DNA from: Hormiphora californensis
Lineage: Eukaryota > Animalia > Ctenophora
Length of the DNA: 64,000 nt
Assembly: GCA_020137815.1 (NCBI GenBank)
Contig: CM035350.1
Location: forward strand, 10,230,001-10,294,000
Direction: 5' to 3'
In this document: positions 1 through 12,015 of the stretch, piece after piece
Numbering within the stretch: position 1 is the first letter of the stretch
Layout: each line of letters begins with the position of its first letter
Made by a program: the position numbers and the translations under genes
The notes under the pieces: model-generated
Told to the model about the DNA's origin: nothing
The model's database searches: none
What the model saw: only the letters and a program-made list of their open reading frames with translations

Positions 1-902
1 GGTCATCAAGAGGACTACCTCCCTTACATGAGAGAAACCCACATTCTCCCTGTGGAGCAACGGGTGATCTTTAAGGCCTGTCTCATGGCCTATAAGATTG
101 TACATGGAATTGCTCCAGATTACCTCATTGAGCAAATACCTACAGATATCGTTGATGTTACTTGCCGTACCAGATCGACTGCTGTTCCAGACCCTTATAA
201 GCTCCAGTACCCGAAGCTGTCGAGCATTAATGCAAATTCTAAACTGAGGAAAAGGAGACCATCTGTTCTCCTGCCAGATCTGTGGAATGCACTCCCCCTT
301 GAGTTGCGATCTCGGCCTGCTGTGGAATCTTTCAAAACGGGGTTAAAGACAAGATTGTTTGTGGATGCCTTTGGATCGGGCTAGTTTCGGTTGTTTTTCC
401 TTTTTCCAGCCTACATCTTTTCTCGGTACCTACTCCTCTCATCCCGCTGTACTGTCTAGCGTAAGTATTGTACTTAGGTCTGTATCTTACCTCGTGACAA
501 GTTTTTAACTGATCTTTATTCGATGGGTTTGCAGCATGAGTGAAGCACGAGTGTGTAATTTTATTCCGATTTTCAGTTATCCAGTTGTTCAGAATCTGTT
601 GTCTGAACATTTGATCTGTGTCTATATTTGGAGTGATGAAGTGACAGTGGTGACATATATCCTGTGGCCTTTTTTCGAGTTTTTTCTATTTTAGTCTGTT
701 ATGAGCCTAATCTGTTTTCCACTTATGTGAGCCGGATAATTTGGATTTTTCCACCGTTTTTTTGTTTGAGTCTCTATATTTGGGTTAAGAGTTAGTTAAC
801 TGCTCTGAGTTTCCTCCAGTGGCAGCATCTGTAAAGCTCTGCTGTCCCTGTAGAATATGGGCAGGATATAAGTTTGAATATTATTATTATTATTATTATT
901 AT
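1..902 (+). mobile_element. 3' end of a non-LTR retrotransposon (L2/CR1 group): RT ORF C-terminus 1..384, 3'UTR and (TTA)n tail
   Basis: Translation HILPVEQRVIFKACLMAYKIVHGIAPDYL...LWNALPLELR...SFKTGLKTRLF matches the typical L2/CR1 ORF2 C-terminal motifs. A (TTA)n microsatellite tail lies at ~881-902. Confidence 0.85.
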
Positions 903-1149
903 AGCAGGCCAATTGTAAAACACAGATTAGCATATAAGTCCAAATTAAGAGCTCTCTCTCTAATATGGCGTTAATAGCTGAACGATACCTAAAAGCAAAA
1001 CAATTCTCCAATGAATTTAAATTACTTCGCAAGTTTTCCTGCTATATGGATGATATAAATGGTTCTCACTGGAAACATTAAATCATTACTATAAAGGGGC
1101 CAGCTAAAACAAAACTCTTTTGTTTTAGACACACGAGGAAAAAGAAGGA

Positions 1150-1159
1150 GAGAAAGAGA

Positions 1160-1230
<71 letters not shown>

Positions 1231-1250
1231 TGTGTGTGTGTGAGAGAGAT
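1150..1250. repeat. (GA)n/(GT)n microsatellite
   Basis: Direct inspection. Confidence 0.95.
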
Positions 1251-2093
1251 AGACTGAGTGCATAAATTATGATGTAAGTCCCATTTACAACCTTAATTAT
1301 AAGCCACAGACACACGGGCCGGGTTAATGAACCAACGTTAAAGCCCGGTCATTATAAACCAACGTTTGGTTGGGGTAAAATTCACGTGCCTTTGGAGGAA
1401 CAGGCCAGAAATTGTTACAGTCGGACCCCGATTTAATAAAACGTGATTTACTTCTTAAGGTTTTAACGATTAACATGATACCTAAAGCTAACTTTTTAAC
1501 CATTTTCCGTATCTAGATATCGATTTACTGGAAGAAAAGTCTTTATGAAGAGTTAGATAGATGCAATAAGACATTTCTCTGATTAACTGTCGACGATAAA
1601 ATCTAAATTTGAAGTTACCAGTAATTTGGCAAATGATTTTAGATTAATCTTAATTACCGGACCGTACAAGTCATAAACGGAAGAAAATAAAGCGCTTGTT
1701 CAAATACTCTGGAAAGTGAAAGGGAAGACTCAAGCGTAAAATTTCACATTTTGGGACTGAAATGCACCGCGGGTCGACTGATTCAAGAAGAATAGTTACA
1801 CAACACATGTTGTACCTGCTAGCGTGTTCTGTAAATGTACTAATTCATTACACACCAGCATGTACACATGTGATGCCCATTATAGTCATTGCCATGATTA
1901 ATATACCATCCACTAAAGACCATCTAGAATGGAAGGGTTTTGTGAACAGTGCCATTGCAGACAAATAACTTTGATAAGTACTTAAAAAGGTAAATAAACT
2001 AAGGTAAATAACTAAATGCTAGAACTCGCTCCCAAGATGCGGGGGCCAAGAATGGTGGTTTGGGCAATGAAATCTTTTATGTAGCACAAGCTC

Positions 2094-2096
<3 letters not shown>

Positions 2097-2132
<36 letters not shown>

Positions 2133-2133
2133 T

Positions 2134-2190
<57 letters not shown>

Positions 2191-2292
2191 GAGGAGATCT
2201 CAGGACTAGGACTAGGAGTGTGGGAAAATTAATGAACCACCTTAGAGAGGGTGAGAGAGACAGAGACAGAGAGAGAGAGAGAGACAGAGAGG
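2097..2292. repeat. Interrupted (GA)n microsatellite
   Basis: Direct inspection. Confidence 0.9.
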
Positions 2293-4114
2293 GAATGAAA
2301 AGTAAAATATATACAGTCACAAAATATATTATGTGAATATTAGCCTATAAAAGATCTGTGAGGTCTGTATATTTTGTGGGAGGTCTCTCATCGTAGGATT
2401 CATTGCATCGGAAAGTGAACGAAAGTTAGAAATAAGGAGAATATTCTTGTGAAAGAAAATATGGAGTGCGTTTGAGTTAAATCTACATATTAGATACACC
2501 AAGTGTAAACAGCCCGACTATGAAGACCTCACTATTAGTCGCCTTAGCTTTCGAAACAGCGTCTCATATCCAACTCTATTATAGATAATGTCGTCTCCTT
2601 GGTAATCAAAAGCAATATTAAAACGAAAGTACTTGGTTTCATATCCACTTCAATCTAAGACTTCATATATCACTTCATATATCACTAATATAATGAGTCG
2701 ATATATCGCCGACACGCTAATAATCTAATATAAAGTAGCAACAAACTATTTAGTTATTAAAACAAAAGTACGTGATATTAAGTACTGACATAGTAAGTTA
2801 CTGAATTTAAGATTATTTCTTGTGGCCGCGTTCAAGTCATTTCTTTTAAACGGTTTTCCTGGAGGCTAAGCACTTGCTTTATAATGACATAATTAATGTC
2901 TAAACTCAACAGCTACAATATACGTTGAAAACAAAAATTAGTCGTATTCAGTACAGGGTTGGTGAAAAAAGAGGACTCTAATATAGAGCATGATCGTTGA
3001 TACTAGTTGGTAAAAGGGAGATCCAGTATTAGAGCTGTCTGACAATGGAGCACACAGTAACTCCGTACAGTATAGTACATCCAATATCTACAAAATGAGC
3101 CGCATGGTTGGTATCTAATATCTAGATAGATCAAAGGCTATATCTACTTGGATGTGTGAAGTTTTTGAGGTGTGATATGTACTGCACGTGTTGCTATGCC
3201 GGCCTATAAAAGTTATATATATACCGCGAGTGCACATATCACTCCCGCTGTGCGCGACCATTTGCACGCTGAAATATGCACTGTGCTTCCGCGGGAGCGT
3301 GCAGATATAGAGGTAGCGGGATATAATTGAGAAATGTGTTTTTACACCTTATTCACACACAAACACACCGAATATGACTGACAAGGTACTGCACGACACA
3401 CAGTCTGCCATTTTACACTCACTCTCCCTCTTTCTCTCACTAATTATCCCCTTACACGTTTTGTTGTTTGCTATTTCCAAGAATTCCAATCTCCCTCTCT
3501 CGCATCTCTCTCTTTATCTCTCTCTTCTTTTCACTGTTTCAAACTATCAGACCTTCTTTCCCTTGTGTGTAACCGGTGTAGAAGTGTATTTTTGTCTAGT
3601 TTTGCTTAGTTTGTACCTTGTTTTGTCACATCTCTCTGTGTGTAATCACCTAAAATTATGATTGTTTTGCTTGTCATGTGTTTTCTCGCGGAATATATAC
3701 TCAATAACGTCCTGCACGGCATGTGCAAACGCCTCTATATCGCACTCGTTTCACTCGTGCAATATAGATGTGAAATGCACTCCAGCTCCGCTGTCGTGCA
3801 TTTCACCTCCATATACGCTCTGCAGTGCAGAGCGTATATGGCGCGCTTGCACTGCGTGCAGAACGTTATGTACTATATACACCCTCATTAGTATAGTTGA
3901 TTTATACATTGATCTAGGGTTCTAGACTGATCTGTTTGGTCCAATTGTACTTGTAACGTGTTCTTTCTAGTTTCACGATGGAATATTTTTAAAACTTACG
4001 TTGTATGTTTATCTTTTCAAATACTTACGAATAAGGAAGTGTGCCTCCCCAAGATGCTCCTGAAAGTATCGGGTGAGTTCCCACAGAGGGAGTCCTGACA
4101 TCATCATGGTGCTG

Positions 4115-4154
4115 GTTGCTATGGTAACTAGTTGTTGTTGGTTGCTATGGTAAC
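4115..4154. promoter_or_regulatory. Two tandem RFX X-box-like motifs GTTGCTATGGTAAC
   Basis: Exact 14-mers at 4115-4128 and 4141-4154 fit the X-box consensus GTNRCY-N2-RGYAAC. Confidence 0.45.
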
Positions 4155-5114
4155 TAGTTGTCTGATGGTACAGCTTGTTGTTGCTGGTGTAATAGGCGAG
4201 TTACCTTGATATCCGGGTCATAATGTGATAGAGAGCTGTAGAAATAGTACAAACGATTTTAAATTAGGTGGTGGTACAATATAATGAACATATCGAATTT
4301 GCGTTTAATTTAGGACGTACGTGCTTTGGCAGACACCTCTTATTTATAGTTATAGGTAAAGATATAGTACGGCAGACACCTCTATCGTATCTAAGTAGTA
4401 AGGCAGACAAAGCTCGAAAAGAAAAAGCAGTTGTTCAAGAAATCTGTCATCGGGGAGAAAGCCATAAAATTCTTCGCTTTTGCTTGAGAGAAAACGAGAT
4501 ATAATATATATGTGTGGACTGCAGTTATATTATATATGGTGTAGTCGAGAGAAGACGAATGACAAGTGGTAAAGTTTCGCCATCTCGTAGTGGATTAGCC
4601 AACAACACTTTCAAAATACCTCCATTACTCCATGGATCAAGAGAACAAAACTGGACTTTAGCGATTCATTGAAGAGTTGGCACGAGGCCACGTACAGTAA
4701 TTTGACAGTACTGCACTTGTAAGGGTTGTGGAGGAGAAAAGATCAATTAGGATGCCTCTAAACATGGAATAAACGTGTATTTAATGAACAATCGTCCAAA
4801 CTGCAAGTGCAAAGACATAATAAACACCGGCGAGAATGTCGGAAGTTCACTATTTTAGAAGTGCAGGGGAAGTGCAACATGGTAGCTGTTTGATGAAGAA
4901 CATTTCTGAATATTTGAATATGAACTGAAAAAGAACTAAAGAATGAAGTTTGCCACAAACCGGCTGGTAATGGCTCCTCGATAGTTTTCACGTGTACAAT
5001 AGTGCGTGGTTCAGGCTTGAAAAGAATGAGAATTCATGAAGCACGTGTGGATCAGCTGCTTGGCAGGATTAAAGCACAAAGGACCATGGTATCATGTGTA
5101 CAACAACAGCCCGC

Positions 5115-5980
5115 GTGTTACCAAGGCAACAGGGTTGGGACGTGGAGCTGCTGGTGTGTAACCAAGGCAACAGGGATGGGACGTGGAGCTGCTGGTGTGT
5201 AACCAAGGCAACAGTGATGGGACGTGGAGCTGGTGTGTTACCAAGGCAACAGGGATAGAGCTGCTGGTGTGTAACCAAGGCAACAGGGATGTGGAGTTGC
5301 TGGTGTGTAACCAAGGCAACAGGGATGGGACGTGGAGCTGCTGGTGTGTAACCAAGGCAACAGGGATGGGACGTGGAGCTGCTGGTGTGTAACCAAGGCA
5401 ACAGTGATGGGACGTGGAGCTGGTGTGTTACCAAGGCAACAGGGATAGAGCTGCTGGTGTGTAACCAAGGTAACAGGGATAGAGCTGCTGGTGTGTAACC
5501 AAGGCAACAGGGATAGAGCTGCTGGTGTGTAACCAAGGCAACAGGAATGGGACCAGGAGCTGATGTGTAACCAAGGCAACAGGGATAGAGCTGCTGGTGT
5601 GTAACCAAGGCAACAGGGATAGAGCTGCTGGTGTGTAACCAAGGCAACAGGGATAGAGCTGCTGATGTGTAACCAAGGCAACAAGGGATAGAGCTGCTGG
5701 TGTGTAACCAAGGCAACAGGGATAGAGCTGCTGGTGTGTAACCAAGGCAACAGGGATAGAGCTGCTGGTGTGTAACCAAGGCAACAGGAATGGGACCAGG
5801 AGCTGATGTGTAACCAAGGCAACAGGGATAGAGCTGCTGGTGTGTAACCAAGGCAACAGGGATAGAGCTGCTGGTGTGTAACCAAGGCAACAGGGATAGA
5901 GCTGCTGGTGTGTAACCAAGGCAACAGGGATAGAGCTGCTGGTGTGTAACCAAGGCAACAGGGATAGAGCTGCTGATGTG
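5115..5980. repeat. 34-bp minisatellite (ggtgtgtaaccaaggcaacagggatagagctgct), ~25 copies
   Basis: Direct tandem periodicity. It explains the repetitive ORFs in all frames here. Confidence 0.97.
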
Positions 5981-6141
5981 TCCCATGACATACAATGTGT
6001 TTCAAACACACTGTTTGTGGTGGCTGGTAGTAATTTGCTGGTATCCAATACCACACACACAGCCAAAACCTTCCCTAGAATAATGCAGCTATTATATGGT
6101 CGATTATTATAGAGAATATGTATTGGATAAGGGTGTAAGAG

Positions 6142-6224
6142 CAGGAACCGACCGAACCAAGTAAACAACCAATCAGAGCTCGTTATTTAGGTCACGTGAC
6201 TGGTTATCAGCCAATCAGGGACCA
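6142..6224. mobile_element. Short interspersed non-autonomous element (caggaaccgaccgaa...gggacca) flanked by a 22-bp direct repeat
   Basis: gtattggataagggtgtaagag occurs at 6120-6141 and 6225-6246. The insert resembles an abundant short repeat I recall from Pleurobrachia (from memory, unverified). Confidence 0.7.
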
Positions 6225-6993
6225 GTATTGGATAAGGGTGTAAGAGTTTGACAAAGAATATATTCTATACAAATACGGATGTTCTTGTTGCCTAGCTTGT
6301 CTATCTGGAGAGTGTGAATGTACACAGTTGCACTAATAGGAATTGGCTTATTTCCAAGCCGTATTATAGTATGTGTGAGATATATGCCTTACCAGTGACC
6401 AGTGACCTCGCTCCGCTCACACGAGCGTCGAGCGAAGCACGCGAGAAAGGGGTTCATGGTGCCTGACTGCATAGTGAGCTGGGAGCTGGGTAATTGGTTG
6501 TGTGAAGCTGATGTAATTAGTTACAAATGGGAACCATGCAATTAGAAACATGACGAAATGTGTGAAGTGACAACACTTAGTTACCCATGTTTACAGTATA
6601 ATAGTGTGTAACAACTATTGCAGTACACACTGGGCATGGCACATACGAGAAAGAGAGATATTATAAACGGTGAAGCAAGGGGTGTGTGTAGGCTCCAGTG
6701 TGTCTAGACACGCATTGTGATGTGGTTGTTACAGACGGGGGCGGGTATTTGAGTGTGGCGATGCAGTTGACAAGGTGTGGCTGAAGAAGAATAAAACATA
6801 TCCTGTTGTTGACGTAATGGGATGGGATGGGATGGTAAACTAATTTGGTGCACGGGATAACTAACAGGGGGACTAGAATGAACTATGAGCGATAAAGCTC
6901 AGTACAGCTGTATACAGTACATCATGGTGAAAATGATATTCAGAGTTTTTGTTATTCTCTCTGTGGCTGAACAAATGAATCAGACGGGTATAA

Positions 6994-7036
6994 TGACGCT
7001 ACCAGTTTCGAGGATCTACCTCTTCATCGGGCTACA
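6994..7036 (-). ncRNA. Variant minimal hammerhead ribozyme motif in the PLE 3' region
   Basis: The minus strand reads gc CCGATGA a GAGG tagat CCTC GAAA ctg GTA gc. This is a CUGANGA core with U4>C, a 4-bp stem II, GAAA and a GUA cleavage triplet. Stems I and III are weak. Confidence 0.55.
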
Positions 7037-7332
7037 AAATAAATAGTGTTAATTATAAATATATAGTAAAAACTAAAATCACACACGTCAATCAACATAA
7101 AATTATAAATCAGCACTTTAATAATAAACTAAACACTGTACAGAGGAGCAAGTCTCATATGATCAGTACAGAGTGAACTGAAGTTACCGTTACAATACAG
7201 TAGGTGAGATGAAGTGATAAACAAATAGGGCGTGCATGAGGTGATACACAAGGACTATCACAAATTAATACAAACTATTACGCACACAAACACACGAACC
7301 CACTGGACAACAACAACAACAGCAACTAAATA

Positions 7333-9702
7333 TTAAATTAAATATCTCGTAAGTTCGGAACATTCCTCTTTATTGTTCATACCAGGTCTCAGTTTCTGTA
7401 TATACATGGCCTCTAAAATTTTCCTCTTTAAAATGTTTCTCTCGGTGGTTAATATCTTAAAACTGAGTTTAGGGGGTGTGTTTTTATGACGTGATGTGTA
7501 ATGAATGGCTAGAGGGGTATCAATGTAGCTCGGCGCATTAGGATTGTTAGCATTGCGGGAATGTTCTGACAATCTGTCGTGTACCGACCTACAAGACTCT
7601 CCCACATAGATTTCACCACACAATAAACATGTTATCTGGTACACTGGTGACATGGTGTTACACGAGCCCTTCTCGAGTCTTTCACAAATATTACAATTTT
7701 TCGCAAGACACTCTAGATTGTCGTGAGGTCGTGAGCTACATAGCATGTCTCTCAAGCGGGTGCCTGGGGTGAAGACTAAATCGATTGGCAGAGCTCTGGC
7801 GGTGATAAACTTACGTATTTCACCACTCACAGTTTCAGAAACATACGGTAATTTCAACATCACATTGTTATTACCCTTTGTCAACCTACCCCGGGTTCTC
7901 TGTTCTCCAAATTGTCTGGGGTGTTCATACCCATTAGCTAAAAGAAGTCTGTCAGTAATGGCTAAGGACTGTTCCAATAATTCCGGGTTAGATGATGAGA
8001 TCTCTGCAGTTCTGTAGAAGTTGCGTACTGTCTGCACTTTCGTTTCCAGAGGGTGGTGAGACCGGAAGTGCAGGGTGATGTCCTTTCTCGTACCTTTTCG
8101 ATAGAACTTAGATTCCAGCTTATCATCAGTAATTCGAATCTCAGTGCCAAGGAATGGTGTAAAATCTCCGTCCTCAGGAAAATCCACCTCCCATTTTAAC
8201 AATTCTCTCGGATCTTGTCGGGCAATGTTATTGAAAAGAGAGATGGCGGTTTCCCTGTTATCTGCGAGCGTCCAGGCATCATCAATGTACCGGCCGTACA
8301 ATGATAAAGAGATGAATTTCACGTCGGTATAGATGGTTGCCCTCTCAAATTTGTAAACTCGAATAACTGCAGCAATGGGACTTGGTCGACAGCCCATAAA
8401 CAAACCAACCAACTGTTTGTATACTCTACCACAGTAAGTGAAGTAGGAGTTAGTTAGCACCAATTCCAGGATCTGGTGCACGTCACAGAGGTGCAACTCA
8501 CGGAGATTCAGGAGCTCTCTATTCTCAGCAGCAAAGTCAATGACATCCTTCACACAATCCTCGATCACAAGATTGGTGTATAGAGCTGAAATGTCTGCTG
8601 AGCAGAAGTGCTTACCCTTCAGCTGTTCTGGTGGGAGTTCAGCTAACTGTTTGAGGTGCGTGTGTATGTTGCTCAGATGACTGGGGATCAGATTCAGGAG
8701 GGGACTCAGGATCTGGGTTACCAGAGCAGCCAATTTCTCCGAGGGGGATCCGACACATGACACAATTGGCCGCACCTTCCCTTGCTCTAAGATGTCTGTT
8801 GGAGAGCATAGGGAGTCAGCATTGAACTTATGGGTCTTTACGAGAACATACATACATGGCAGACGAGTGTTGGTCGTCTTTAGTGCCTTGTACATTTGAT
8901 CCCCAAAACCTCTCGACACACAGATATCTCCCCACAGGTGATTGCATTCATTTTCAAGGTGGGAAACATACCAAGAGATCTGATTTTGGTATGTAGTCTG
9001 GGTTGGTCGACGTACATCCACCCACTCTCCCTTCAATTTTCTAGTGGGGTGTATGATTTGATACACACCTGAGTTAGTATCTAAATGAGTCTGTGTCAAT
9101 TGTTGTTGCAGGTTGCGATCTGTTACCACGAACTCACCACCCTTATCACTAACCGAGATATGTATGTCATGGAGACGGGATTTGAGAGATTTCAGACCAG
9201 CTGCTTTCTGGTGTGAGAGATTGAACTGGATCTTGGTGTGTTCCAGTTGCACGTGGATTTTCTTCTGCAGCTGTCGAAGGTTCTCCTCCATCTCAGTACT
9301 AGCTGGTGGGGGTGGGTTGATGAACCTCCTGTTGGTAGGTATCTTGTCCTGTCTCCATACCTGCAGCCGTGTGGGCACTGTGTCCCGTTCGAGGGAAGAC
9401 TGTTGCCACCTGAGTCGGTAGGCACAAGCCGCGAGTTCTGCGTTGACCTCTGATATGAATCTGTCTCCCACAGTAGGGGTCAATGCAAAGTTGGGACCTA
9501 ACTCAAGAACCGCTTTTTCTTGGGGCGACAAAACGGTCAAAAGGTTTGTCACACGCTCCTCTGGGACACTTTCAGGTTTCATGGACGGAGGGGAAGCAAG
9601 ATGTTGTGGTGTAGGAGTTGTAGGTTCGGGCGGGACCGGGCGTTGTCGGGTACGCTGCAACTCAAATTTCCCCTTAAGTTTCCTCTTAATCTCACTCTTC
9701 AT
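7333..9702 (-). CDS. Penelope-like reverse transcriptase / GIY-YIG endonuclease (the frame stays open to ~9842)
   Basis: KTHK, RPIVS, SADISALYTN, GLFMGCRPSP, RYIDD and FLG RT motifs; a Cys-rich linker CLAKNCNIC; PVYQITCLLCGEIYVGES...RLSEH GIY-YIG domain; ILEAMYIQK...MN end. Confidence 0.95.
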   Translation of the reverse strand: MKSEIKRKLKGKFELQRTRQRPVPPEPTTPTPQHLASPPSMKPESVPEERVTNLLTVLSPQEKAVLELGPNFALTPTVGDRFISEVNAELAACAYRLRWQQSSLERDTVPTRLQVWRQDKIPTNRRFINPPPPASTEMEENLRQLQKKIHVQLEHTKIQFNLSHQKAAGLKSLKSRLHDIHISVSDKGGEFVVTDRNLQQQLTQTHLDTNSGVYQIIHPTRKLKGEWVDVRRPTQTTYQNQISWYVSHLENECNHLWGDICVSRGFGDQMYKALKTTNTRLPCMYVLVKTHKFNADSLCSPTDILEQGKVRPIVSCVGSPSEKLAALVTQILSPLLNLIPSHLSNIHTHLKQLAELPPEQLKGKHFCSADISALYTNLVIEDCVKDVIDFAAENRELLNLRELHLCDVHQILELVLTNSYFTYCGRVYKQLVGLFMGCRPSPIAAVIRVYKFERATIYTDVKFISLSLYGRYIDDAWTLADNRETAISLFNNIARQDPRELLKWEVDFPEDGDFTPFLGTEIRITDDKLESKFYRKGTRKDITLHFRSHHPLETKVQTVRNFYRTAEISSSNPELLEQSLAITDRLLLANGYEHPRQFGEQRTRGRLTKGNNNVMLKLPYVSETVSGEIRKFITARALPIDLVFTPGTRLRDMLCSSRPHDNLECLAKNCNICERLEKGSCNTMSPVYQITCLLCGEIYVGESCRSVHDRLSEHSRNANNPNAPSYIDTPLAIHYTSRHKNTPPKLSFKILTTERNILKRKILEAMYIQKLRPGMNNKEECSELTRYLI

Positions 9703-9930
9703 CCTCTCATTATTTTCCTCAAAGACAGACTGGACAAAATAATATACTGAACTGGAACAATAACTGGACAGTCTCTGTCTGGATTCAATGATTCGATGCT
9801 TCTCCTGACTGATTAGATTGAAGTGATTGGCGAAAATGTGTGCATGGTGAAAATGTGTGCATAATATGTAGAGACAAACAGCAGCGAAGAAACTGAAATA
9901 GTTGCTAATTTGGCTGGCAATTCTCTGAAC

Positions 9931-10865
9931 AAGGGAGGGTCTTAAATCTTAGATTTCTCCGGCACCTTAACTTCAATGGTTCTGAAATTTTGACACATTG
10001 TTGTTGGGCTTATGCCAGATATGTGTACAGAGTTTCAAGTTCAAAAATGCAAAAATTCATTAATGAACTTAAATTCCCGTTTTTTTAGTTAATTGAAGGT
10101 TTTCCCTTGTTCCAAGTTGATTTTGATCGCAAAATTGCAGCCACTCAATAGTGTTAACATTTATCAATGGCAATCTGAAATTTCATTGAAAATGAATAAA
10201 GTTTAGTGGGTGAAATTAATGAATTAAAAATGATCATTTTTTCAAAAAAAATTATTTTCGCTGAAAATGAGAGATTTTCACTGTAGAGATGAAATTAAAA
10301 CCTAACTGGGTTATGATTTAATCATTTAAGTTCATTCTGGTATGAAAAACTGTTAAGTTCAAAAAAATTAATTTTTTTTAAATTTTCGTTTTTTAAATTT
10401 TTTCGTTAATAACTGCATAAATTAACATTTAACCGATAGTCTATTAACAAACCGTTAGTTGAGACATTAATAAATCGAAACCTTGCTAATGGAAGCTTGC
10501 TAATGCTTATACTGATTGGTAACAACAAGCGTCATGTGACCTCCATGCAAGCAACAAGAAACGTAACCAGGATGTGACAAAATCTTGTTAGCAAGATTGC
10601 AATTGGTCTCCAATGCCCTCTGTTGTACCCAGTATCAGATATCTGGCGTGGAGTACAATGAGGTTCCTGGAAAACAAAAAATATGGACTAGAGAAAACCT
10701 TCAATTAACTAAAAAAAGGAAATTTAAGTTCATTAATGAATTTTTGCATTTTTGAACTTGAAACTCTGTACACATATTTGGCATAAGCCCAACAACATTG
10801 TGTCAAAATTTCAGAACCATTGGAATTAAGGTGCCTGAGAAATCTAAGATTTAAGACCCTCCCTT
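9931..10865. mobile_element. Non-autonomous DNA transposon/MITE with ~175-bp terminal inverted repeats
   Basis: 9931-10105 (aagggagggtcttaaatcttagattt...) is the near-perfect reverse complement of ~10693-10865. No ORF. Confidence 0.9.
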
Positions 10866-11344
10866 TTTATTGGCCCACGCGGTATGTACTCAGGAAGGCA
10901 CCGGAAAGTGTCTTCAAGTATAACTAGTGATGTCATCAGTCATTATCACAATTGTAGCTTGTGTGCGTCATCTGATTCTTAAAGAAATTCGAAAGAAGAA
11001 GAGAGTTATCTATTATTACAAAAAGAGAGAGAAGGCGTGACTGTTATAACCCACATGGAATATGTAGAGGTGCTAATACAATTACACACCTTCATACTGA
11101 CTCTATAGGTTCCTATTTCTAGGTTCTAGAAGCTATATTAATTGTGAGGTCGCACTGACATAGAGCATTCTTTCATTCACAATTCGATTTGCTCTAAATG
11201 TTCATGCGGAAGCAACTGGAGCATGGTCTAAATGAGTGGAAACTAACTGATCAGGGACTAACTGGCTGATCAACATGGATCTTTCTGTATTCTCTCCGCA
11301 CCGTGGAAATAGTAAATACAATAATCAATAGTCGCCAGATAGTG

Positions 11345-11483
11345 CAGTGGTGATTTATAGAATTATGAAGTGTGGTGGGTGTGGTGTGATTTATAGAAGT
11401 ATGAAGTGTGGTGTGATTTATAGAAGTATGAAGTGTGGTGGGTGTGGTGTGATTTATAGAAGTATGAAGTGTGGTGGGTGTGG
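11345..11483. repeat. Short tandem repeat (gtggtgtgatttatagaagtatgaagt)
   Basis: About four copies are visible. Confidence 0.85.
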
Positions 11484-11527
11484 CATTGTTGATTTTTGTT
11501 GATTGGGTGTGATTTGTTTATTTGATG

Positions 11528-12015
11528 GGGGGGGGGACATGTTAATTGTTAATAAATCACCTCTTTCTTCCGATTTTGTTAATTAACGTTAATTAACAAA
11601 ATTAACAAATGCTAAAATATTGGTGTTATCGGTTTATAATACGACTTTAACTGATTTAATTTTGTAGTTTAATAACTTATCTAACGTTTGTATACCCATA
11701 CAAGGCCTCCTCCGATAACCAAAGTCCAACATACAAGTTTTTTGGCTCCAAATCGATCAAAGTTTAAAGATTACGAATATTTCAATTTAGCGTGTAAAAT
11801 GTCACTTGAATGTAATTTTTTCATTGATAATCCATTCTTCAGAAGAAAGAAAGTGGTGTACAACGTTTCTGTTTGGAAAATACGAAAAAATTCCCAAATT
11901 TGCTTTTTTTGGTCAAAAATTGAAAATTTGCTTCGCTACAAATCCTTGTGTCTTTTTAGAAAAAAAAATGTTAATATTAACAAAGTTAACAAAATTAACA
12001 TGTCCCCCCCCCCCC
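11528..12015. mobile_element. MITE with G-run/acatgttaatt TIRs and an 8-bp TSD
   Basis: TIRs ggggggggacatgttaatt...aattaacatgtcccccccc; atttgatg duplicated at 11520-11527 and 12016-12023. Confidence 0.85.

Larger units (their letters stand above)
6936..9842 (-). mobile_element. Penelope-like retroelement, 5'-truncated, with 13-bp TSD
   Basis: Contains the RT+GIY-YIG ORF. catggtgaaaatg is duplicated at 6923-6935 and 9843-9855. A hammerhead-like motif lies in the 3' region. Confidence 0.92.

Noticed and set aside
2512-2566. Hammerhead-like ccgactatgaag...cgaaacagcgtc
   Set aside because: The core is disrupted and there is no convincing stem II.
5115-5980. Possible CRISPR-like array
   Set aside because: Units are contiguous with no unique spacers; eukaryotic context; no cas genes.
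5069-6168. Long repetitive ORFs (up to 308 aa)
   Set aside because: Translations of a 34-bp minisatellite that cycle through frames; no coding evidence.
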